Source: Desulfobulbus propionicus DSM 2032 (GTDB taxonomy: Bacteria; Desulfobacterota; Desulfobulbia; Desulfobulbales; Desulfobulbaceae). Taken from it: a stretch of DNA of 32,000 nucleotides. A model generated the notes under the pieces. It had not been told where the DNA came from, searched no databases, and worked only from the letters and a program-made list of their open reading frames with translations. Every line of letters begins with the position of its first letter. The first letter of the stretch is position 1. The stretch covers positions 2,190,001-2,222,000 of the forward strand of contig NC_014972.1 of assembly GCF_000186885.1 (NCBI RefSeq). The letters are read 5' to 3'. Shown one piece after another: positions 1 to 6,886 of the stretch. The position numbers and the translations under genes are program-made.

Positions 1-356
1 GTTAATTAGTTTTAGCCTGTTATTCAATTTTTCCCACCTGAACGACAGGACGGTTTTTTGGTGTTCAATGTTCATTTTCACTCAGCCACCCTTGTTGGTG
101 AGCGGACGATCGCAAGAAAGAGGTAGTAAAAAAAGAGTTAGCTAAAGGCTTTTCCGCGATTTGCTGGAAAAGACCAGTTTTTCCCTTGCAGTCGATATCG
201 GCTTCGGTTCACGGTTGAAAAAACGAGACCGGAAGTGTGCATCATCTGTAAATATTCCGACGCGGTCGGAGTACCCACTTGAGGAAAATTGGCTCAACGT
301 ATGACAGACAGATTCTCACAAGTTATTGTACAAGGTTTGCGATCCAGTCAAAAAAT

Positions 357-405
357 AGACCGGCGAGACAGCAGTTCATAATCTGTTGTTTTCCGGTCTT
401 TTTTT
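357..405 (+). terminator. Intrinsic-terminator-like hairpin plus U6 inside the leader upstream of the CoA-transferase operon
   Basis: Outer stem agaccgg (357-363) / ccggtct (393-399). Inner stem acagcag (368-374) / ctgttgt (383-389, one G-U). TTTTTT follows at 400-405. It ends 76 nt before the TTG start at 482. Confidence 0.6.
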
Positions 406-481
406 GTATAGGGGGATCCCGGAGGGCCGCTGGGCGGCAACCGGGCAATAAAAACGCTTCATAGACAGGAAGAGGTACACA

Positions 482-1498
482 TTGGAAACTAACGCGAAAA
501 TGTTCTGGACAGGTTTATCACCCGATGAAGCAAGGGAAGCACTTGTCAACAAAGACAAGTCCAAAAAAGACAAACGAATGACGCTGAAGGAAGCGGTTTC
601 CAAGTTTGTTAAGAATGGCGACAATGTCGGTATCGGCGGATTCGTCAATCTCCGTCAGCCCGTAGCCATCTGTCATGAAATGGTTCGGCAAGGCTTCAAG
701 GACCTGACTCTCTCCTGGCAATCCGCAGGCATGGCAGCTGAAATTCTCGGCGCCGCGATGATCGCCCGGCCGGATCATTTTTCTATCAAGCGGATCGAGC
801 TGGCTTATTGGGGACATGAGTCCTTTGGTCTGTCTCCCTCCTGGCGCTATCTCGCCGAACGCGGCCTGATCGAATTCGAGGACTGGAGCAACTACAACAT
901 GTCTGCCCGGTTCAAAGCCGGTGCCATGGGCCTGCCTTTCCTGCCCACCCGCGGTCCCTTGGGCGGCGACATCAAAAACACCAGCCGCACCAAGATTATC
1001 GACTGCCCGTTCACGGGACGGCCGATTGCCCTTGTCCCGGCCTGCCATCCGAACGTGGCCATCATCCATGTCCAGGCAGCGGACATGTACGGTAACTGCA
1101 TCATTCGCGGCACCGACGCCACCTGCCCGGAAATCGCCATGGCCGCGAAACACTGCATCGTCACCTGCGAGCAGTTGGTTTCCCACGAACTGATCGTCAG
1201 CAATCCGAAGGACATCCTTATTCCCTTCCCGGCTGTCGACGCAGTCATTCATGTACCCTATGGTGCCTATCCGGGTGCCTGCCGCCGCCACTACTATTTC
1301 AACGGCGACCATATCCGTGATTTCCTCGGACGTATCATGCCGATGGTCAAAGGTGCTCCGGCCGATTCACTCAAGGCTTGGTTTGACGAGTATATCTTTG
1401 GGGTCGAAACCTTTGAGCAATATCTGGACAAATTTCCGCTCTCCAAGATCCTGGCGGACAAAGCGGCGGAAGCGGTCCATTGCGAGCGGTTGGCCTAA
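482..1498 (+). CDS. Family-I CoA-transferase, subunit A (glutaconate/3-oxoacid CoA-transferase alpha-like)
   Basis: 338-aa ORF with N-terminal ...MTLKEAVSKFVKNGDNVGIGGF..., typical of CoA-transferase A subunits. GGAAGAGG lies 6 nt before the TTG at 482; the ATG at 500 has no RBS. A cognate B subunit follows directly. Confidence 0.8.
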   Translation: METNAKMFWTGLSPDEAREALVNKDKSKKDKRMTLKEAVSKFVKNGDNVGIGGFVNLRQPVAICHEMVRQGFKDLTLSWQSAGMAAEILGAAMIARPDHFSIKRIELAYWGHESFGLSPSWRYLAERGLIEFEDWSNYNMSARFKAGAMGLPFLPTRGPLGGDIKNTSRTKIIDCPFTGRPIALVPACHPNVAIIHVQAADMYGNCIIRGTDATCPEIAMAAKHCIVTCEQLVSHELIVSNPKDILIPFPAVDAVIHVPYGAYPGACRRHYYFNGDHIRDFLGRIMPMVKGAPADSLKAWFDEYIFGVETFEQYLDKFPLSKILADKAAEAVHCERLA

Positions 1499-1557
1499 TC
1501 TCCAGCAGCCTGAGTCATTGAAACGGAACCTCTCGGAACACTAGACAAGGAGTCATC

Positions 1558-2358
1558 ATGACAGTTTCAACGGATTACACCGCCCAAGAAATCATCGTTG
1601 TGGCGGGGTCAAAGATATTGGAAGACAACAAGATCGTCTTTGTCGGGACGGGCCTTCCCATGGTTGCCTCGCTCTTGGCTATTCTTACCCATGCCCCCGG
1701 ATTGATCGTGGTCTTCGAGGCCGGTGCCATGGGTCCGCCCCTGACACATGGTCTGCCCATTTCGGTCGGCGATTCCAAGACCGGAACCGGCGCATCCTAT
1801 ATGAAGGGCCTGAACGCCGCCTTTGAATTGACCCAGCGCGGATACGCCGATTTCGGCTTCATCGGTGGCGCCGAGGTCGATATGTACGGCAACCTCAACT
1901 CCACCATGATGGGTGATTACCCCGCAAGTTATGCCAAGCCCAAAGTTCGTCTGCCGGGTAGCGGCGGCGCCAGCGACATGGCGGCCTCCTGCGAGCGAAC
2001 CATCCTCATCGTTCCCCACGACAAGAAGAAATTCAACGAGAAGCTCTCCTATGTCACCAGCCCCGGCCATCTTGACGGCACCCCCGGCGCCCGTCAGAAA
2101 GCCGGCATGCAGGGCAAGGGCCCGTATCGAGTGATCACCACTAAGGGTATCTTCGATTTCGACGAGGCAACCAAGAGAATGCGTATTCTCCAGACATTCC
2201 CGGGTGAAACCGTACAGAGCATTCAGGACAACACCGGCTTTGAATTGCTGGTAGCCCCGAATGTCAGCGAGTTCGCGCCCCCCACCGTCGAGGAAGTGCG
2301 TTTGATCCGTGAAGTGGTCGATCCTCAAGGTGCCTTTGTCAAACGAGTAGCAAAATAA
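1558..2358 (+). CDS. Family-I CoA-transferase, subunit B
   Basis: 266-aa ORF with AAGGAG RBS. It contains FEAGAMG (an ExG catalytic-Glu-like motif) and LPGSGGASDMA, which are typical of beta subunits. It is paired with subunit A. Confidence 0.8.
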   Translation: MTVSTDYTAQEIIVVAGSKILEDNKIVFVGTGLPMVASLLAILTHAPGLIVVFEAGAMGPPLTHGLPISVGDSKTGTGASYMKGLNAAFELTQRGYADFGFIGGAEVDMYGNLNSTMMGDYPASYAKPKVRLPGSGGASDMAASCERTILIVPHDKKKFNEKLSYVTSPGHLDGTPGARQKAGMQGKGPYRVITTKGIFDFDEATKRMRILQTFPGETVQSIQDNTGFELLVAPNVSEFAPPTVEEVRLIREVVDPQGAFVKRVAK

Positions 2359-2369
2359 CTCCGATGATG

Positions 2370-2410
2370 CAGACCGTACCGTTTCTTGTTCAACGGTACG
2401 GTCTGTATTT
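2370..2410 (+). terminator. Intrinsic terminator after CoA-transferase B
   Basis: Perfect 14-bp stem cagaccgtaccgtt (2370-2383) / aacggtacggtctg (2392-2405) with an 8-nt loop, followed by tattt. Confidence 0.7.
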
Positions 2411-2625
2411 GAAAACAGGGCGTTCGCTTTTTTACAGATAAAAACACCGCACTCAAGAGAAACAAAAAATCGAGCTTATCCAGAAAAAATAGAAAATGTT
2501 ACCCGATGACTCCGTCATTGGGCACAGTTGAGTTGAAAGCCTTTGGCCACCGTTGTCTTGCTTTCAACACCACTTAATTATTTAGCATTCCGGCAAACAA
2601 ACCTTGACGGACAGGAGAACACAGC

Positions 2626-3036
2626 ATGAAAATTCTTAAAATTGACCATCTTGGTATCGCAGTCAACAGCTTGGACGAAGGCAGTAAATTTTGGACCGAT
2701 GTCATGGGACTTAATCTCCATGGCACGGAAACCGTTGAAGAGCAAAAAGTGACAACAGCCTTCTACCCTGTCGGTGAAAGTGAAGTGGAACTCCTCGTAT
2801 CAACCTCACCCGATGGCCCTATCGCTAAATTCATTGAAAAAAATGGCGGTAAGGGTGGATTCCAGCACGTTGCTTTCCAGGTCGAAAATATCGAAGAGGC
2901 CTTGGCCGAGCTACAGGAAAAAGGGGTCGCTCTTATCGACAAAACCCCGCGCATGGGTGCCGGCGGATGTAAGATTGCCTTTTTGCACCCCAAAGCAACG
3001 GGGGGGATTCTCGTTGAGCTTTCCCAGCGGATGTAA
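2626..3036 (+). CDS. mce: Methylmalonyl-CoA epimerase (VOC/glyoxalase fold)
   Basis: 136 aa. It starts MKILKIDHLGIAV, contains ...GGFQHVAFQVENIEEA... and ends ...KIAFLHPKATGGILVELSQ, the characteristic epimerase pattern. It sits next to the mutase. Confidence 0.85.
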   Translation: MKILKIDHLGIAVNSLDEGSKFWTDVMGLNLHGTETVEEQKVTTAFYPVGESEVELLVSTSPDGPIAKFIEKNGGKGGFQHVAFQVENIEEALAELQEKGVALIDKTPRMGAGGCKIAFLHPKATGGILVELSQRM

Positions 3037-3094
3037 TCAACCACATTGAGGTTTTCGCGGCAACGAACACCTGAATGTCTGTCTGATCCTGGTT

Positions 3095-3149
3095 CCAACC
3101 GCAACTTCTCTTCCGGGAAAGTTGCCGTTGGACCAGTTTGTTTTGTTTT
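3095..3149 (+). terminator. Hairpin plus T-rich tract between the epimerase and mutase genes (possible partial terminator or attenuator)
   Basis: Stem ccaaccgcaactt (3095-3107) / aagttgccgttgg (3119-3131), 13 bp with one mismatch. gtttgttttgtttt follows at 3136-3149. Confidence 0.4.
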
Positions 3150-3192
3150 CAACCGGGGATAATCCCCAAGTTAACTACAAGGAGTAAGCGAC

Positions 3193-5340
3193 ATGGCAAC
3201 TGGATATGAGCAATGGGTTGAAATGGCCACCAAGCAGATGAAGGGCAAATCCCCTGACACGCTGAATTGGAAGTCCCCTGAAGGCATTACCGTTAAACCG
3301 ATGTATACCGACGAGGATCTCAAAGGTCTTGAGTCTCTCAGCATGTTCCCCGGCATGGCCCCCTATACCCGCGGCCCGATGGCCACCATGTATGCCGGCC
3401 GCCCCTGGACCATTCGCCAGTATGCCGGTTTCTCGACCGCCAAGGCATCCAACGAATTCTATCGCAAGAATCTGGCAGCCGGTCAGAAAGGTCTGTCCGT
3501 TGCCTTCAGCCTTTCCACCCATCGCGGCTATGACTCTGACAATCCTCGCGTTGCCGGCGACATCGGTAAGGCCGGTGTGGCCATCGACTCCATCGAGGAC
3601 ATGAAAATCCTGTTCGACGGCATTCCGCTGGACCAGATGTCCGTCTCCATGACCATGAACGGCGCGGTTATCCCGATTCTGGCCATGTGGATCGGTGCTG
3701 CCGAGGAGCAGGGAGTTACCCAGGATCAGCTCCAGGGTACCATTCAGAACGACATTCTCAAAGAGTACCTGACCCGGAACACCTACATCTATCCGCCGGA
3801 GCCTTCCATGCGGATCATCTCCGACATCATGGCGTTCTGCTCCAAGAACATGCCCAAATACAACACCATCTCCATCAGTGGTTACCACATCATGGAAGCT
3901 GGTGCTGATTCCGTCCTCCAGTGTGCGTTCACCCTGGCAGACGGTATTGAATATGTTCGCGCCGCCATTGCATCGGGCATGGATGTCGACACCTTTGCTC
4001 CGCGTCTGTCCTTCTTCTTTGGCGTTGGCATGAACTTCTTCATGGAAATCGCCATGCTGCGCGCTGCCCGCTTCCTGTGGTACAAGTTGATGCAGCAGTT
4101 CAACCCGAAGAAGCCGCAATCCTCCATGCTGCGGACCCACGTGCAGACCTCGGGTTGGTCGCTCACCGAGCAGGACCCCTACAACAACATTATCCGCACC
4201 ACCATCGAGGCCATGGCCGCTGCTCTGGGTGGCACCCAGTCGCTGCACACCAACTCGTTTGACGAGGCCGTGTGTCTGCCGACCGAGTTCTCCGCCCGCA
4301 TCGCCCGCAACACCCAAATCATCATCCAGGAAGAGTCCCAGATCTGCCGCGTTGCCGATCCGTTGGGCGGTTCCTACTATGTTGAATGGCTCACCAACCA
4401 GATCGTTCAGGGTGCCGAGAAAATCATCAACGAGATCGAGGAAATGGGTGGCATGGCCAAGGCCATTGCTTCCGGTATGCCGAAACTGCGCATCGAAGAG
4501 TCCGCCGCCCGTCGTCAGGCTCGTATCGATCAAGGCAAGGACGTTATCGTTGGTGTCAACAAATACCGTCTCAAAGACGAGAAGCTTGATTTCGAGATCC
4601 TTGAGGTACCGGATACCGTTCGTCTGGAGCAAATCGACCGCATTAACCACATTAAAAAGACCCGTGACAACGCCAAGTGTCAGGCTTGCCTCGAGGCCAT
4701 CACCAAGGCTGCCGCCGGCAAGGACAACCTCCTCGAGGTCGCCATCGCCGCTGCCAAGGCCAGAGCAACCGTTGGAGAAATTTCTGACGCCATGGAAAAA
4801 GTATTCGGCCGTTTCGTAGCCACCACCCAGTGTGTATCCGGCGCCTACTCTTCCGAGTACAGCGAAGCCAGCAGCGACGCCGCCCAGATCATCGAGGCTC
4901 TGCGCAAGCGGACCAACGACTTCATGGCCAAGACCGGTCGCCGGCCTCGTATCCTCGTCACCAAGATGGGCCAGGATGGCCATGACCGCGGTATCAAGGT
5001 CGTTGCCTCCTCCTATGCTGACCTCGGCTTCGACGTCGATATCAGCCCGATGTTCCAGACTCCTGAAGAAGCCGCCAAGATGGCCATCGAGAATGACGTT
5101 CACATCGTCGGCGCCTCCTCATTGGCCGCTGGCCACAAGACCCTGGTGCCCGAGCTCATTCAGAAGCTGGAGGAGAAGGGTGCTGGAGAGATCATGGTGG
5201 TTGCCGGTGGCGTTATCCCGCCGAGCGATTATCAATACCTCTATGACGCTGGCTGCAAGGGCATTTATGGTCCTGGTACCCCGATCACCGAGTCCGCTGG
5301 CAAGGTCATGGACATGCTTGAGGAGAAATATTGTAAATAG
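3193..5340 (+). CDS. scpA: Methylmalonyl-CoA mutase, single-chain large form with C-terminal B12-binding domain
   Basis: 715 aa with AAGGAG RBS. Conserved blocks include [20 protein letters not shown] and [10 protein letters not shown]. The C-terminal cobalamin-binding region is GQDGHDRG...[13 protein letters not shown]. Confidence 0.95.
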   Translation: MATGYEQWVEMATKQMKGKSPDTLNWKSPEGITVKPMYTDEDLKGLESLSMFPGMAPYTRGPMATMYAGRPWTIRQYAGFSTAKASNEFYRKNLAAGQKGLSVAFSLSTHRGYDSDNPRVAGDIGKAGVAIDSIEDMKILFDGIPLDQMSVSMTMNGAVIPILAMWIGAAEEQGVTQDQLQGTIQNDILKEYLTRNTYIYPPEPSMRIISDIMAFCSKNMPKYNTISISGYHIMEAGADSVLQCAFTLADGIEYVRAAIASGMDVDTFAPRLSFFFGVGMNFFMEIAMLRAARFLWYKLMQQFNPKKPQSSMLRTHVQTSGWSLTEQDPYNNIIRTTIEAMAAALGGTQSLHTNSFDEAVCLPTEFSARIARNTQIIIQEESQICRVADPLGGSYYVEWLTNQIVQGAEKIINEIEEMGGMAKAIASGMPKLRIEESAARRQARIDQGKDVIVGVNKYRLKDEKLDFEILEVPDTVRLEQIDRINHIKKTRDNAKCQACLEAITKAAAGKDNLLEVAIAAAKARATVGEISDAMEKVFGRFVATTQCVSGAYSSEYSEASSDAAQIIEALRKRTNDFMAKTGRRPRILVTKMGQDGHDRGIKVVASSYADLGFDVDISPMFQTPEEAAKMAIENDVHIVGASSLAAGHKTLVPELIQKLEEKGAGEIMVVAGGVIPPSDYQYLYDAGCKGIYGPGTPITESAGKVMDMLEEKYCK

Positions 5341-5363
5341 CAGTTCCGCATATTGGGAAAACA

Positions 5364-5395
5364 GCAAACGGACGGACCACAATCCGTCCGTTTGC
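5364..5395 (+). other. 13-bp GC-rich hairpin between the mutase and meaB genes, with no U-tract
   Basis: gcaaacggacgga (5364-5376), loop ccacaa, then tccgtccgtttgc (5383-5395). Confidence 0.5.
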
Positions 5396-5431
5396 ATGTT
5401 CGCACAACGAAACCTCCATTAAAGGTCAGAT

Positions 5432-6421
5432 ATGCATAAAGATCCCAGTTACTATATCCAGGGCGTATTGGATAATAACCGCCTGATGCTTGCCCGCACC
5501 ATCACCTTGGTCGAAAGCATCCTGCCCTCGCATCAGGAGATTGCCAAACATGTGATCAATGAACTGCTGCCCTATACCGGCAAAGCGGTGCGGCTGGGTA
5601 TTACCGGCGTTCCCGGAGCTGGCAAGAGCACATTCATTGAGAGCTTTGGCACCATGCTCACTGGAATGGGACACCGGGTAGCCGTTCTGGCCATTGATCC
5701 CAGCAGTACCCGCAGCGGCGGTTCCATCCTTGGCGACAAGACCCGAATGGAAAAACTGGCGGTCAACGACATGGCCTTCATCCGCCCCTCGCCATCAGGC
5801 GGCAGCCTGGGCGGCGTGGCCAGAAAAACGCGGGAAACCATGTTGATCTGCGAGGCAGCCGGCTTTGATGTGATCATCGTCGAAACCGTGGGGGTGGGCC
5901 AATCAGAGACCACCGTTGCCTCGATGGTCGATTTTTTCCTGGTGTTGCAGATCGCCGGTGCAGGCGACGAACTCCAGGGAATCAAAAAAGGCGTGCTTGA
6001 AGTCGCTGATGCCATCGTGGTCAACAAGGCGGATGGTGACAATGTCAGCCGGGCCAAGCTGGCCAAGCGCCAATATGAAACAGCCCTTCACTTGGTCACC
6101 CCCTCTTCACCAAACTGGACACCTCCGGTCATGACCTGCAGCGCCCTTGAGGAAGTTGGCTTGGCGGAGGTATGGGAGACGATCAACAACCACAAGCAGA
6201 TCATGACCGCTTCCGGCGAATTGGACAAGAAACGCCAGGATCAGGCCATGTCGTGGATGTGGTTCTTGGTCAATGAAGGATTGGAACGTTGGTTCTACCA
6301 GCACCCAGAGATTCAGAAACTGTTACCCGGAGTCAGAAAAAGCGTCGAGGACGGCCGCATGGCACCCACCCGGGCCGCCGATGAACTGGTTGCCATTCTC
6401 GGCAAGGACCTGTTGCTGTAG
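5432..6421 (+). CDS. meaB: Methylmalonyl-CoA mutase-associated GTPase MeaB/ArgK
   Basis: 329 aa with P-loop GVPGAGKST, plus DVIIVETVGVGQSE and VVNKADG (NKxD). It lies immediately downstream of the mutase. Confidence 0.9.
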   Translation: MHKDPSYYIQGVLDNNRLMLARTITLVESILPSHQEIAKHVINELLPYTGKAVRLGITGVPGAGKSTFIESFGTMLTGMGHRVAVLAIDPSSTRSGGSILGDKTRMEKLAVNDMAFIRPSPSGGSLGGVARKTRETMLICEAAGFDVIIVETVGVGQSETTVASMVDFFLVLQIAGAGDELQGIKKGVLEVADAIVVNKADGDNVSRAKLAKRQYETALHLVTPSSPNWTPPVMTCSALEEVGLAEVWETINNHKQIMTASGELDKKRQDQAMSWMWFLVNEGLERWFYQHPEIQKLLPGVRKSVEDGRMAPTRAADELVAILGKDLLL

Positions 6422-6559
6422 ACCACAAGGTTTGCCCTCCTTTTCTTCAACAACCTCTCTAGTTCGTTAATTTCTGTCATCGTCTTTCTCCGATCGCCGG
6501 AGGGAGACGATGATCCGCCCTTCTTCACAGACAACCAGAGGTTGTTGTCTTAAATTTTC

Positions 6560-6588
6560 TTGACGCCCCCTTGAATGAAGAGTATAAA
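6560..6588 (+). promoter_or_regulatory. Sigma70-type promoter candidate (TTGACG-17-TATAAA)
   Basis: TTGACG at 6560-6565, an exact 17-nt spacer, TATAAA at 6583-6588. It lies about 100 nt upstream of the SRP RNA hairpin. Confidence 0.55.
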
Positions 6589-6696
6589 CGGCAAACTGAA
6601 AAGAGAGAGGCGTTCATAAACAATTGCCACTGACGCCGGCACCTTCCAACATGGAACGGTAACCACCTCTTTTCCCAGCCACATGATCGTCAGTGT

Positions 6697-6805
6697 GATA
6701 GCCGGGTCCTGTGCAATAAAGAATCACAAACCCCGTCAGGTCCGGAAGGAAGCAGCGGTAGTGACCCTCTTTATGTGCATGGGGGTGCCTGGCTATCCTT
6801 TTTTC
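6697..6805 (+). ncRNA. ffs: Signal recognition particle RNA (small 4.5S type)
   Basis: Contains the universal helix-8 core GTCAGGTCCGGAAGGAAGCAGC (6735-6756). The closing helix is gatagcc (6697-6703) / ggctatc (6791-6797), followed by a T-run (6799-6804). It sits upstream of dnaX, as in many bacteria. End coordinates are approximate. Confidence 0.85.
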
Positions 6806-6886
6806 AGGGGTGAATTCGCTGCTCCCCGCGCCCGGAACAGTTGATGCATCTTCCGTTGTCCTGATCATTGACCGCCGGTATCGATT

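Noticed and set aside
420-450. Sigma54-type promoter (GG-N10-GC) in tgggcggcaaccgggcaa just before the CoA-transferase gene
   Set aside because: The spacing can be made to fit, but the -12 element (GGGCA) and the -24 element (TGGGC) are both poor matches. The claim is too weak to make.
1-481. Cobalamin riboswitch upstream of the B12-dependent pathway genes
   Set aside because: I searched by eye for the conserved GCCACTG core and a B12 box (...AGACC-containing element in the right order). I found only gagaccgg (226-233) followed by cccactt (273-279), which is the wrong order and context. No riboswitch class is assigned.
3175-5103. 642-aa ORF on the minus strand, opposite the mutase gene
   Set aside because: This is a mirror ORF typical of GC-rich coding DNA. 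The plus strand encodes an unmistakable methylmalonyl-CoA mutase, and the minus-strand product is low-complexity (Gly/Ala/Val/Leu-rich) with no motif. The same reasoning applies to 518..1312(-), 1609..2328(-), 7118..7708(-), 7849..8559(-), 8177..9373(-), 15078..16241(-), 16523..17404(-), 17951..18652(-), 18747..19712(-), 23810..24769(+), 27650..28666(-), 28638..29648(-) and 29888..31042(-).
6614-6868. 84-aa minus-strand ORF between meaB and dnaX
   Set aside because: It overlaps the SRP RNA, whose conserved GTCAGGTCCGGAAGGAAGCAGC core is on the plus strand. It has no RBS or recognisable motif.
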